A DNA stretch of 64,000 bases from Oscillospiraceae bacterium (GTDB taxonomy: Bacteria > Bacillota > Clostridia > Oscillospirales > Acutalibacteraceae), in the NCBI GenBank assembly GCA_015065965.1, contig SVPH01000012.1:3841-67840 (forward strand). The letters run 5' to 3'. The stretch's first letter is position 1, and every line of letters starts with the position of its first letter. Under the pieces are notes generated by a model that made no database searches, was not told the DNA's origin, and saw only the letters and a list, made by a program, of their open reading frames with translations. Position numbers and translations under genes: made by a program. Shown here one piece after another: positions 1 through 9,708 of this stretch.

Positions 1-607
1 TTTCGATTTCTTCAAGGATATCAATGCGGATTTTGGGGTCCTGACCGGGCTTGAACTTGAATGCGCCGTGGCTTGTGCCGATAGCGATTGCAAGTGAGTC
101 AACGCCTGTTCTTGTTACGAAGTCGATAACTTCAGCAGGATTTGTGTATGAAGCATCCTCAGCAGAAACGTTAACATCGTCTTCGATGCCTGCAAGTTGA
201 CCGAGTTCGCCTTCAACAACAACACCGTGAGCGTGAGCGTAGTCAACAACCTTCTTTGTAAGAGCAACGTTCTCTTCATAAGGAAGGTGTGAACCGTCGA
301 TCATAACTGAAGTAAAGCCGCCGTCGATGCAAGCCTTACATGTTTCAAAATCGGGACCATGGTCAAGGTGAAGAGCGATGGGAAGACCTGTTGTTTCAAC
401 AGCAGCCTCAACGAGTTTTACAAGGTAAGTGTGGTTTGCATATGCTCTTGCGCCCTTTGAAACCTGAAGGATGAGGGGAGCATTGAGAGCCTTACCTGCT
501 TCAACAATACCCTGAATGATTTCCATGTTGTTAACGTTGAATGCGCCTACAGCGTAACCGCCCTTGTAAGCATCTTCAAACATTTTCTTGGTTGTTACTA
601 ATGGCAT
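1..607 (-). CDS. fba: Class II fructose-1,6-bisphosphate aldolase (3' end outside window)
   Basis: Not in ORF track. Minus strand from 607 reads MPLVTTKKMFEDAYKGGYAVGAFNVNNME...ALHLDHG...FTSVMIDGSH...VEGELG...AIAIGTSHG; AGGAG RBS upstream. Confidence 0.95.
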   Translation of the reverse strand, partial: MPLVTTKKMFEDAYKGGYAVGAFNVNNMEIIQGIVEAGKALNAPLILQVSKGARAYANHTYLVKLVEAAVETTGLPIALHLDHGPDFETCKACIDGGFTSVMIDGSHLPYEENVALTKKVVDYAHAHGVVVEGELGQLAGIEDDVNVSAEDASYTNPAEVIDFVTRTGVDSLAIAIGTSHGAFKFKPGQDPKIRIDILEEIE

Positions 608-680
608 TTTTATCACTCCTGATTTTTATTAAACTAACCTTATATATTATACCAAAAAATCAATGATTGTCAACACTTTA

Positions 681-1871
681 TCATGCGTAAATTGTCACTA
701 TTTCCGCTTTGAGGTTTTTAAAGACATTAACAAAAAAGCCGATTATTTTTTCGATGATGTTATTGTATTCAGCATAAGGCTTATCAATCTGAAGTTCAAG
801 CCTTGCATTACCCAATTTTACTTTGCCTTCATAGGTGTAAAGAACGTTTTCATAATCTTCAATGTTATTTTCATTGAAAGTGAAAACTCTTACGCCGTAC
901 GGACCGGGTTTTGCGAACTCGCATCCGTAAGTCATGCCGAGTTCGATTCCGTCATATGTGCCTGTAAAACCCTCGGTATGCCAGTGACCGAAATATGCGC
1001 CGAGCACGTCACCGCATTCTTTCCATGCTTTGAACTGCGCGCTTGTATCGCTGACAGGAGTAAATGCGCTTGCATGGTAGCCGTTTGCAACATCGTGATT
1101 CAGGCGGTAGTATTTGCCGTCAACATTTCTTGCACCTTCGTCCCAGAAATTGCATTCTTCAAAGAAATATCCCAAATCACCTGTGGGGATATGCTGGAAA
1201 AGTATTGAAGGCACGGGTTTACCGCTGTTTGCCACTTTGAGTGCTGCGCTTTCTGTTTTATACCATCCCAACTGTTCGTCGGTTACGCCGCTGCCTGCCG
1301 TATCCATAAGCCAGATGTTTAAGACGGTTTTATCTGAATTGCTTGCTTTGATTTCAAGATTATAGTCGATTCTTCCCTCTGCATCGTTGCTTTCATCAAG
1401 CACGATGCAGTTTTTGTAACTGTTATAAATCTTCATCCAGTCTTCGTTCTTAACTCCGCAGCCATAATCGTTGTTGCCCTGAGTGACAGCAAACGGAATA
1501 TTTCTTTTTTCTGCTTCGGCAAAAACTGCAGCACAGGCTGTTTTAACATTTTCAAGGGTCTGAGCATAATCGTCAACCTCAACGCCTTCACGCATGTTTT
1601 CGCCGTCAATGCCGAAGTCACCTGCACGGCTGTCTTCAACAATATCACCCGTGAAAACAATCAGGTCGGGGTTTGTTTGCTCAATTGAAATTTTAATCAT
1701 GTTAACCATGTCATATGCAGGGTAATGGTCATCCTGAGGGTCGCTTATTTGCAGGATTGTGAATTTACCGTCATCTCCGAAGGAAAGATCATTGCTTTGC
1801 CCTGCGCTTGCCGTAGCGCAAAGGGAAAACATCATTAAAACGGCGATAATAATGCTTATTATTTTCTTCAT
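681..1871 (-). CDS. Secreted calcineurin-like metallophosphoesterase (Dcr2/PAP-like)
   Basis: Signal peptide MKKIISIIIAVLMMFSLCATASA; motifs QISDPQD, FTGD, GNND, FQHIP, FGHWH. Confidence 0.85.
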   Translation of the reverse strand: MKKIISIIIAVLMMFSLCATASAGQSNDLSFGDDGKFTILQISDPQDDHYPAYDMVNMIKISIEQTNPDLIVFTGDIVEDSRAGDFGIDGENMREGVEVDDYAQTLENVKTACAAVFAEAEKRNIPFAVTQGNNDYGCGVKNEDWMKIYNSYKNCIVLDESNDAEGRIDYNLEIKASNSDKTVLNIWLMDTAGSGVTDEQLGWYKTESAALKVANSGKPVPSILFQHIPTGDLGYFFEECNFWDEGARNVDGKYYRLNHDVANGYHASAFTPVSDTSAQFKAWKECGDVLGAYFGHWHTEGFTGTYDGIELGMTYGCEFAKPGPYGVRVFTFNENNIEDYENVLYTYEGKVKLGNARLELQIDKPYAEYNNIIEKIIGFFVNVFKNLKAEIVTIYA

Positions 1872-1891
1872 TGTTTTTCTCCTTCTTCATA

Positions 1892-2218
1892 TTAATATTT
1901 ATCCATGCTTTCAACATCAAGCACGAACACGGTTGCACCGCCGACGGTAACTTCTTCTTCAAGGCTGTTTTTCTGCAAACCCCTGCCAAGTGAATCGGTA
2001 GTCATTGCAACTTTATTTCTTGTTCTTGAATATTCATGGATAATTTCTTTTGCTCTGGCAACTCTGTCATCCTCTGCACCTATAAGCAGAGTGGTGTTGC
2101 CTATCATAAGGAAACCGCCTGTTGTGGAAAGTTTTGTTACGCTGTAGTTTTCTCTTGTGAGAGTTGCAGAAACAACTGCGCTGTCATCATTGTTAACTAT
2201 TGCAAGGATAAGTTTCAT
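1892..2218 (-). CDS. darA: PII-like cyclic di-AMP receptor (DarA/PstA, DUF970)
   Basis: 108 aa with MKLILAIV, TKLSTTGGFL..GNTTLLIG and VGGATVFV signature motifs. Confidence 0.9.
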   Translation of the reverse strand: MKLILAIVNNDDSAVVSATLTRENYSVTKLSTTGGFLMIGNTTLLIGAEDDRVARAKEIIHEYSRTRNKVAMTTDSLGRGLQKNSLEEEVTVGGATVFVLDVESMDKY

Positions 2219-2236
2219 ATAAAATCCGTCCTTTCT

Positions 2237-2725
2237 TTACATATCGGGTAAAATAAGTTTTTGACTGCGTTTATCAAGTGCGTAAATATTAGGGATTTCG
2301 TAACGGTTATCGTTACCGTCTTTGATAAGTATGCGTTTATCGTAGAACATTTTCATGGATTGAATGTGGTTTATGATTTCAAAGGTATAATCGCCTCTGT
2401 CCGTTTCAACATTCCAGAGCCATATGCGGTGTTTTTCACTGCGGCTGATAAGCCTCGTAATTTTCGGTATTCTGTAATATTCTTCAAGACAGCCGAGCAA
2501 CAATTCTTTCTGAGAAGGCTCCATATTATCAAGTTTGCGCAGAATAAACTGCTCTTCACCGTTTTCATCAAGAAACGTTATGTATTCGGAATGACCGCTG
2601 ACCGGGAAAAGCCTTCGGGGCTCAAGGTCACAGATTTTTTCACCCGTAAAGAATTCTACATCGCAGAAAATTTTGTCTTTTACAGTAAGACGGATTTCAT
2701 TGCCGTCAATAAAATTTCGTGACAT
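2237..2725 (-). CDS. DUF1854 family protein
   Basis: RLFPVS..EYI, YYRIPKI, W.VETDRG and D..NRYEIP....LDKRS motifs; directly follows the ABC exporter. Confidence 0.8.
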   Translation of the reverse strand: MSRNFIDGNEIRLTVKDKIFCDVEFFTGEKICDLEPRRLFPVSGHSEYITFLDENGEEQFILRKLDNMEPSQKELLLGCLEEYYRIPKITRLISRSEKHRIWLWNVETDRGDYTFEIINHIQSMKMFYDKRILIKDGNDNRYEIPNIYALDKRSQKLILPDM

Positions 2726-2737
2726 TGTAATCCCTCC

Positions 2738-4999
2738 TTATTCAAAGTTTTCTGCCGCTTTTTCTGCAGCAACTTTTTCGCTCATTGACTGTATATTGAT
2801 AAGTTTATAATACTTGCCTTTAAGTGCCATAAGTTCTTCGGGTGTTCCGAACTCAATGATATTACCTTTATCAACAACGATAATTTTGTTTGCTTTGCGC
2901 AATGTTGATAGGCGGTGAGCAATCATAAGAGTTGTTCTGCCCCTTATCAGACGGTTGATTGCATCCTGAATGAGTTTTTCTGTTTCGGAGTCAACGGCAG
3001 AGGTTGCTTCGTCAAAAATAAGAACGCCGGGATTTTTAAGCACCGCTCTTGCAATTGAGAGCCTCTGCTTTTCGCCGCCCGAAAGACCTACGCCTCTCTC
3101 ACCGAGCATTGTATCATAAGCATCGGGCAGACGCGAGATGAATCCGTGAGCATTTGCAATATCCGCAGCGTTGAGCACCTGCTCGGGGTGTGCGCCGGGG
3201 AGGGAATATGCAATGTTATTGAAAATTGTATCTCTGAACATCATAGGCTCTTGCTGAACATAGCCTATCTGCGAGCGGTAATAGCCCATGTCGATATCTT
3301 TGATGTTAACATCGTCAACCAGAATTTCGCCTTCATAGTCATCGTAGAAACGCATCAGCAGGTTAATCAGCGTTGATTTGCCTGAACCTGTTGTACCGAC
3401 TATACCCACAACATCGCCCGGTTCGATAACAAAGTTGATATCGTTAAGAACTTTCTTTGAACGGTCAAACGAGAAGTTGACATTGCGGAATTCAATTTTG
3501 CCGCGGACATTTTCAAGGGTTTTATCTTTGCCGAAATCATGTTCGGGTTCGGCATTGATGATATCCATAATCTTTTCTGTTGAAGCAAGGGCATTCTGAT
3601 ATGAGTCGCTGAGATTTGCAAAAAAGTTAACGGGATTATAGAACATGCTTGTATATGATATAAATGATACAAGAACGCCGAGTGAGAGTTTTTCGGGTGT
3701 GTCAATTACCATATTGCCGCCGACGAACCAGATTATAACAGAACCGCATGTGATAAGGAATGTTATCACATTGGGGAAGATGGCGGCGACTTTGCCTGCT
3801 TTTTTGTCTTCATAGAGCCAGTCATCAACCTGACGGCTGAAGTTTTTGACTGCTTTTTCCTCGTTTGAGAAGGATTTTACAATTCTGATGGCAGGTATTG
3901 TATCTGAAAGTATGCTTGAAATAGCAACGCCTCTTCTCCATATACGGCGGTAAAGAGGACCGATTTTTTTGCCGAAATATCTGCTGCATAATACAACAAT
4001 CGGAACAGGAGTGAGCGAAAGCAGTGTCAGTTTCCAGTTCATACACATCATAATGATAACAATGCCTATCATTGTAAAAAGTTGAACTACTGCTTCCTGA
4101 GTTATTCTGAGCATAAACTGCTGCAGAACGGTTGTGTCGGAATTAACACGGTTTATAACCGAACCCGTTGAAGTTTTGTCGTAAAACTTCATGGGCAGAT
4201 ACTGTGCTTTTGCATAAATTTCTTTTTTCAGGTCGGCAATGATTCCGTCGCCCGCAATTCTTAAATGATAAGCACGCAGCGCACCGATTCCGTATTGAAT
4301 AACATAAACAAAAACCAAAAATGCTATTACAGCAATCAGCATGGTTTTGTTGCCGCCGGGAATAACGGAGTCAACCATAAGGCTTGTTATGTATGGCGGA
4401 ACAAGTGCGGCAACTGTTGTTATTACCGAAAGGAGAATGCAAAAAACAAGTTTACCTGTATAAGGCTTTATATAGCGGAACATGGTTGCCGCAATTTTGC
4501 CTTTACCTTGGCAGTTAAGGCAGTCTGCATTGGGTGACGGTAGTTTTCTGCCGCATTTAGGGCAGAAGGAACGCAGGTTTTTAAAAGTTCCTTCAACTGC
4601 GGCAAAGCGGTCATCAACGCTTTCACCCTCTTTGACTTTTGTTACAAAGTCTGCGGCGGCATCGCAGATATCCGCCATTGCAAAAGTAAAGCGCATAAGG
4701 TCAACGGATGAACCGCCTGTTGTTACAGCCTTAAGAACTGCGTTACCATACATCCTTTTAACGCTGATTTTGCTGATGTTGGCAAAATCAAGGCTGAAAT
4801 ATCCCTCGTCAAAGCCTTTGCCGATTGCAACAATGCGGTCTTTTGTGACATAGATCGCCCCTTCACCGTAGCGGCTGTCAATTTCAAGGTCACCCACAAC
4901 GGCAAACATAGGATCATCATTACCTTTGAAAACTTTTTCGGCAATTCTGAGAATTTCAGGGCTTGCGGGTTTGTTGATTAACAAATTCTTGGGAATCAT
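2738..4999 (-). CDS. ABC exporter (TMD+NBD) with extra N-terminal domain and zinc ribbon
   Basis: Walker A GTTGSGKST, LSGGEKQR, FDEATS; CPKCG...CLNC before the TM region; start set at MIPKN after GGAGG RBS. Confidence 0.9.
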   Translation of the reverse strand: MIPKNLLINKPASPEILRIAEKVFKGNDDPMFAVVGDLEIDSRYGEGAIYVTKDRIVAIGKGFDEGYFSLDFANISKISVKRMYGNAVLKAVTTGGSSVDLMRFTFAMADICDAAADFVTKVKEGESVDDRFAAVEGTFKNLRSFCPKCGRKLPSPNADCLNCQGKGKIAATMFRYIKPYTGKLVFCILLSVITTVAALVPPYITSLMVDSVIPGGNKTMLIAVIAFLVFVYVIQYGIGALRAYHLRIAGDGIIADLKKEIYAKAQYLPMKFYDKTSTGSVINRVNSDTTVLQQFMLRITQEAVVQLFTMIGIVIIMMCMNWKLTLLSLTPVPIVVLCSRYFGKKIGPLYRRIWRRGVAISSILSDTIPAIRIVKSFSNEEKAVKNFSRQVDDWLYEDKKAGKVAAIFPNVITFLITCGSVIIWFVGGNMVIDTPEKLSLGVLVSFISYTSMFYNPVNFFANLSDSYQNALASTEKIMDIINAEPEHDFGKDKTLENVRGKIEFRNVNFSFDRSKKVLNDINFVIEPGDVVGIVGTTGSGKSTLINLLMRFYDDYEGEILVDDVNIKDIDMGYYRSQIGYVQQEPMMFRDTIFNNIAYSLPGAHPEQVLNAADIANAHGFISRLPDAYDTMLGERGVGLSGGEKQRLSIARAVLKNPGVLIFDEATSAVDSETEKLIQDAINRLIRGRTTLMIAHRLSTLRKANKIIVVDKGNIIEFGTPEELMALKGKYYKLINIQSMSEKVAAEKAAENFE

Positions 5000-5133
5000 A
5001 TCTTTCCCTCCCGACATACTTGATTTTGTCTGCATTATAGGTCTATTTTTTTACTAAGTCAACACAAAAAAACAACTTTTTTCAATTTTGTAGGATTATC
5101 CAAAATGGCGGCTTTTATATTGTGTTTTTACCC

Positions 5134-5170
5134 AAAAAACAACCCTTGCCGCAACTAGCAAGGGTTAAAA
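5134..5170 (-). terminator. Intrinsic terminator
   Basis: Stem aacccttgc/gcaagggtt with an A-run on the left (U-tail on minus strand), just after the stop at 5172. Confidence 0.7.
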
Positions 5171-5171
5171 A

Positions 5172-5780
5172 TCATATAAACTTTTCTGCGTTTTCTTTTA
5201 TAAATTTGCCTGCTGTTTCACATATTGTTTCGGCAGAAACGAGCAAAGCAAAATCGGTATCATTTTTTTTGATTTCTTCGGGGATAACGGAAGCATCTTC
5301 ATTGTTTTCGTCAAAAGCATTGTATTCGTATTCAAAGATTTCTGCTGCTTTGCCGCTGAAAAGATTTTTGAATGCCGTCAGGGCAGAGCCTGTGAGGGGC
5401 TGTCCGTTTGCTTTGAAGAAATTGCTGAGGTTTTCACTGCCGTCTTCAATAACATATGAGAGAGCATAGATGCTTTTTTGCTCATCGTTAAGTTTGTCAA
5501 ATTCCGCATTCATATTCACGGCATCCGATATTTTTTTCTGCAAATTAAGAGCAACGCCCTTGAAAAGTTTTGAAGGTTCGGATTTGTGAATAAGCGTGTC
5601 GGTGAGAACGGCAAATTCATTTCGGAGAATATTTTCTTCTTTGAGTTTCTTCATTATTGCTTCATTTGCTTTGTATCTTTTTGAACTTGCTGCACCTGCT
5701 TTAATGCAAACGAATATTGTGAGAATGATTAGAGCGATGATAATAACAATCCAGTAAGGATTTTCAAGCATATATGCCAT
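5172..5780 (-). CDS. Membrane-anchored hypothetical protein, possibly DUF4375/DMP19-like
   Basis: Single N-terminal TM helix; helical acidic C-terminal part with IYALSYVIEDG..NLSNFF loosely resembling DUF4375. Confidence 0.55.
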   Translation of the reverse strand: MAYMLENPYWIVIIIALIILTIFVCIKAGAASSKRYKANEAIMKKLKEENILRNEFAVLTDTLIHKSEPSKLFKGVALNLQKKISDAVNMNAEFDKLNDEQKSIYALSYVIEDGSENLSNFFKANGQPLTGSALTAFKNLFSGKAAEIFEYEYNAFDENNEDASVIPEEIKKNDTDFALLVSAETICETAGKFIKENAEKFI

Positions 5781-5782
5781 TT

Positions 5783-6613
5783 TTATTCCTCCGTTATCAG
5801 CAATTTATAGATTTCACCTTTTTTGTATCCGAATTCTTTTGCTGCAATTTTTGCGGCATCGCTTTTGCTCTCACCGCCGTTGACAAGGTCTTTTGCATAT
5901 TCGGCAGCCTGCTCAAGGCTGATTTTTTCTTTTTCTTCGGCAGGAGCGCCGCCTATAATAAGCACGATTTCACCTTTGAGCGGTTCTTCCGAATACTTTT
6001 TAGCCGCAGTGCAGAGTGTGGTACGGATAACCTGTTCATGTATTTTGGTTATTTCACGGACTATTGCAATTTCTCTGTCACCTAAAGCAGCGGCAAGGTC
6101 TGAGAGTGTTTGAGCAAGTTTGTGCGGTGCTTCATAGAATATCATTGTGCGGCTTTCGCTGACAAGAGAATTTATATGTTCTTTTCTCTCACTTTTATCA
6201 ACCGGAAGAAAACCTTCAAATGTAAAACGCCTTGACGGCATACCGGAGAGTGCAAGTGCTGTTGTGAAAGCGCACGGTCCGGGAACGGATTCAACTTTTA
6301 TTCCTTTTTCGTGGCAGAGTTTAACCAAATCTTCGCCCGGGTCAGAGATTGCGGGCATTCCCGCATCGGTCACAAGAGCACAGTTTTCACCGGAAAGAAT
6401 ACGGTCTGCTATTACAGGACCTCTTTCAAATCGGTTGTGTTCAAAGTAACTGACCATGGGTTTCCTGATTTCAAATCTGTTGAGGAGTTTGAGGGTAACT
6501 CTTGTATCCTCCGCCGCAATGAAATCGCAGTTTTCAAGAGTTTCAACGGCTCGTGGCGAAAAATCGCCGAGATTGCCTATCGGTGTACCGACTATAAAAA
6601 GAGTTCCGCTCAA
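5783..6613 (-). CDS. rsmI: 16S rRNA (cytidine1402-2'-O)-methyltransferase
   Basis: GTPIGNLGD, AAEDTR, VTDAGMPAISDPG, FYEAPH, REITKIHE. Confidence 0.97.
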   Translation of the reverse strand: MSGTLFIVGTPIGNLGDFSPRAVETLENCDFIAAEDTRVTLKLLNRFEIRKPMVSYFEHNRFERGPVIADRILSGENCALVTDAGMPAISDPGEDLVKLCHEKGIKVESVPGPCAFTTALALSGMPSRRFTFEGFLPVDKSERKEHINSLVSESRTMIFYEAPHKLAQTLSDLAAALGDREIAIVREITKIHEQVIRTTLCTAAKKYSEEPLKGEIVLIIGGAPAEEKEKISLEQAAEYAKDLVNGGESKSDAAKIAAKEFGYKKGEIYKLLITEE

Positions 6614-7353
6614 GTGTTTTCACCTCTGTTTTCCAAAAGATAGTCACCGTAGATTTTTTTCATTTCATCTGAATATCCGCCGTTTGCATTGTGAACAAAA
6701 AGTTCAGGTTCAACAGTCATTCCCGTTTTGCCGCCGCGCCTGCCTTCAACAAGCACAAGCCACGGTGATTTGCCGGGGCATTTTGAAACAAGTTTCATGC
6801 GTTTCGGCTCAATTCCTGCACTGTGCATTTCACATATAAGTTCCGCAAGCCTTTCGGGGCGGATGCACATGCACAGTCTGCCGCCGAAGTTGAGCAGTTT
6901 TTTTGCGGTTTCGCATATATCCGTTAAAGTACACATGGTTTCGTGCCTTGCTATTTTATCCGCACCGCTTTGGCTTTCAATTCCTGCACCGCTTGCTTTA
7001 TATGGAGGATTCATTGTTACAACATCAAAACAGCCGAACGGTACAACGCCTTTGAGTTCTTTTAAATCAGCGTTAACAGCGGAGAGTCTTTCAAAAAGGT
7101 TATTATACTCAATGGCGGTTTCAATCTGCTTTGCGCCGAGCGGCTGAATTTCAACCGCAGTAATTCTGCCCGTTTCTTTTTTGCACCAAAGCAGGGGAAT
7201 TATTCCGCATCCCGAGCCGAGGTCGCAGCATACTGCTTTTTTAGACGGAGCAGCAAAATCAGCAAGCAGAACGGCATCTGTTCCGAAAGAGTGTGCCTGC
7301 GAAACAAAAGCAGTTATGCCTGAGCCGAGATATTCCTTTCTGAATTCGTCCAT
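6610..7353 (-). CDS. trmN6: tRNA1(Val) A37 N6-methyltransferase (YabB/TrmN6 family)
   Basis: FGTDAVLLADF, DLGSGCG, NPPY, ARHE; adjacent to rsmI as in Bacillus yabB-rsmI. Confidence 0.88.
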   Translation of the reverse strand: MDEFRKEYLGSGITAFVSQAHSFGTDAVLLADFAAPSKKAVCCDLGSGCGIIPLLWCKKETGRITAVEIQPLGAKQIETAIEYNNLFERLSAVNADLKELKGVVPFGCFDVVTMNPPYKASGAGIESQSGADKIARHETMCTLTDICETAKKLLNFGGRLCMCIRPERLAELICEMHSAGIEPKRMKLVSKCPGKSPWLVLVEGRRGGKTGMTVEPELFVHNANGGYSDEMKKIYGDYLLENRGENT

Positions 7354-7487
7354 TTTTAATCTTCCTTAAAATATAATAATTTATTATATCATTTTAATAC
7401 GGAATTGTAAAGTGCGGCAAACACTTGATAAAATTGTATCGGTTTGATATAATTACTCTATCTGAAACGGAAAGGCAAGGGAAAATT

Positions 7488-8753
7488 ATGTCGGCACCGC
7501 TTGCGGACAGACTCCGCCCAAAAAGAATAGAAGATATTATCGGTCAGCCTCATCTGCTGGGTGAGGGTAAACCGCTTAGAAATATTATCAAGTCGGGCGA
7601 ATTGCCCAACATGGTGTTTTACGGTCCTCCGGGGGTTGGCAAAACAACGCTTGCAAGCATTATTGCAAAAACAACAGACCGCCATCTTGTTAAACTCAAC
7701 GGCACTACGGCCGGCACGGCAGATATCAAGGAAGTTGTTGCAAAACTTGATACTTTTCTTGCACCGAACGGTATTCTGCTCTATCTTGACGAGATTCAGT
7801 ATTTCAATAAAAAGCAGCAGCAGACTCTTCTTGAATATATTGAAAACGGAGCGATAACTCTTATTGCATCCACGACCGAAAATCCGTATTTTTATGTTTA
7901 CAGCGCAATTCTCAGCCGTTCAACCGTCTTTGAATTCAAAAGCGTAACGCCCTTCGAAGCGGAAAAAGCGGTAAGGCGAGCCTTTGATTTCATGGCGCAG
8001 GACAGAAACGAGGAATACGAGATTGAGAGCGGCGTTTATTCTCATATCGCAACGGCAAGCGCAGGTGATGTGCGTAAGGCGATAAACAGCGTTGAACTCT
8101 GTGTTCTTTCCGCGAATTCTGAAGACGGCAAAAAACTGATTACTCTTGAAAGTGCAAAATCACTCACGCAAAAAAGCGCCATGCGCTATGATAAAGATGG
8201 CGACGAGCATTACGACATAATTTCGGCATTCCAAAAATCCATGCGTGGTTCAGACCCCGATGCTGCGGTGCATTACCTTGCCCGATTGCTTGAAGCAGGG
8301 GATATGCCGTCGGCATGCAGGCGGCTTATGGTCTGTGCCTGTGAGGATGTAGGGCTTGCATATCCGCAGATTATCCCCATAGTCAAGGCGGCTGTTGATG
8401 CGGCTCAGATGCTCGGTTTGCCTGAGGCAAGAATTCCCCTTGCCGATGCGGTTGTGCTTGTTGCAACAAGCCCCAAATCGAATACCGCTTACGGCGCAAT
8501 AAACGCTGCAATGGCTGATGTTGAGGCAGGCAGGACAGGTCCCGTACCCCGTCAACTGCAGAATATGCACTATGACGGCGAGGATAACCCGAATAAAGGT
8601 CAGTTCTATAAATATGCCCACGATTTTCCCGGTCATTGGGTTGACCAGCAGTATCTGCCCGATGCGATAAAGCATAAAAAATATTATGAATTCGGCGATA
8701 ACCGAAACGAGCAGGCGGCTAAAGAATATTGGGCAAGAATAAAGAAAAAATGA
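7488..8753 (+). CDS. rarA: Replication-associated recombination protein A (AAA+ ATPase)
   Basis: PLADRLRP, GPPGVGKTT, DEI, TTENP, SAFQKSMRGSDPDAA, EDVGLA; start placed at ATG 7488. Confidence 0.96.
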   Translation: MSAPLADRLRPKRIEDIIGQPHLLGEGKPLRNIIKSGELPNMVFYGPPGVGKTTLASIIAKTTDRHLVKLNGTTAGTADIKEVVAKLDTFLAPNGILLYLDEIQYFNKKQQQTLLEYIENGAITLIASTTENPYFYVYSAILSRSTVFEFKSVTPFEAEKAVRRAFDFMAQDRNEEYEIESGVYSHIATASAGDVRKAINSVELCVLSANSEDGKKLITLESAKSLTQKSAMRYDKDGDEHYDIISAFQKSMRGSDPDAAVHYLARLLEAGDMPSACRRLMVCACEDVGLAYPQIIPIVKAAVDAAQMLGLPEARIPLADAVVLVATSPKSNTAYGAINAAMADVEAGRTGPVPRQLQNMHYDGEDNPNKGQFYKYAHDFPGHWVDQQYLPDAIKHKKYYEFGDNRNEQAAKEYWARIKKK

Positions 8754-8778
8754 GTGTGCAAAAAGCACACTCTTTTTT
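8752..8778. terminator. Bidirectional intrinsic terminator
   Basis: gagtgtgc-aaaaa-gcacactc flanked by A- and T-runs between convergent genes. Confidence 0.8.
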
Positions 8779-9565
8779 ATTCGCAATATGTCAGATCAGT
8801 GCCTATATATCCGACTTCTTTGAAGTCCTCGGGGTTATGGCGGATGATGAAGTCAATATACGATGCAACCATGTGCGCAGTCAGCACATATCCCATGGGA
8901 TTCATGTGACCGCCCATATAGAACTTCTTGCGGAATTCGGCATCGTAAATCGGACCGTATTCGTAAAGGTCGATTACATAGGTGTTATCAAAATAATCGG
9001 CAAGGTCATAGATCGCTTTTCTGTGAACCATAGTTTTTTTCTGTATTCTGCGCCCGTCTTCCTTAGGCATTGTCATGAGGAAAAACTTTGCTCTGGGCTG
9101 GATTTTCTTTAAATGCTGAATAATCTGTGCGTAATAGCCTATAAATGTTTTCGCATTTTTTGTGTAATCTTCCTTGCAGATATCTTCAACCGAGCCGATG
9201 TCTTGTCCCTGATTGTGGATATCGTTGACGCCGAGAGCGATGATATAGCATTGGCAGGCATACTGAGGGTCCCAAAAACGCATTGAATCGGCAAAACTTT
9301 CGCAGTATTCTTTTGCAGTCATACCGCCTCTTGAAAAATTATAGCAGGTACTGCCGCACATGCGTGCGAGATTCTGTCCCCATGAATATTCAAAATAATC
9401 GTGATAGCCTTTGTTGCCGTTTGGGTCAAGGCTTTCAAATTCACCCGATGAAAGGCTGTCGCCAACAACGCCGATTTTACGGAATATAGCAGTGTAACCG
9501 CCGTTTGAAACCATGTTTTCAAGCGGCTTTTCATCTTTGGCAAATAACATCATATCCAAGTTCAT
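8777..9565 (-). CDS. SGNH/GDSL hydrolase
   Basis: GDSLS, RGG, LGVND, GGHMN blocks; start at ATG 9565 after GAGGTG. Confidence 0.88.
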   Translation of the reverse strand: MNLDMMLFAKDEKPLENMVSNGGYTAIFRKIGVVGDSLSSGEFESLDPNGNKGYHDYFEYSWGQNLARMCGSTCYNFSRGGMTAKEYCESFADSMRFWDPQYACQCYIIALGVNDIHNQGQDIGSVEDICKEDYTKNAKTFIGYYAQIIQHLKKIQPRAKFFLMTMPKEDGRRIQKKTMVHRKAIYDLADYFDNTYVIDLYEYGPIYDAEFRKKFYMGGHMNPMGYVLTAHMVASYIDFIIRHNPEDFKEVGYIGTDLTYCE

Positions 9566-9611
9566 AATTAACACCTCTGCTTGAATTGTATCAGCAATCA
9601 GTCAAAAATGC

Positions 9612-9659
9612 AAGAAAAAGGATTCAGGGCAGTGCCGTTTTACGGTACTGCCCCGAATC
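9612..9659 (-). terminator. Intrinsic terminator after the FemAB gene
   Basis: Long stem gattcagggcagtgccgt/acggtactgccccgaatc with an A-rich left flank. Confidence 0.7.
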
Positions 9660-9708
9660 ATATGGAGGATTTGAGCGGTCAAAGATAAATCTTTGCCGAG
9701 TAGTTGTC

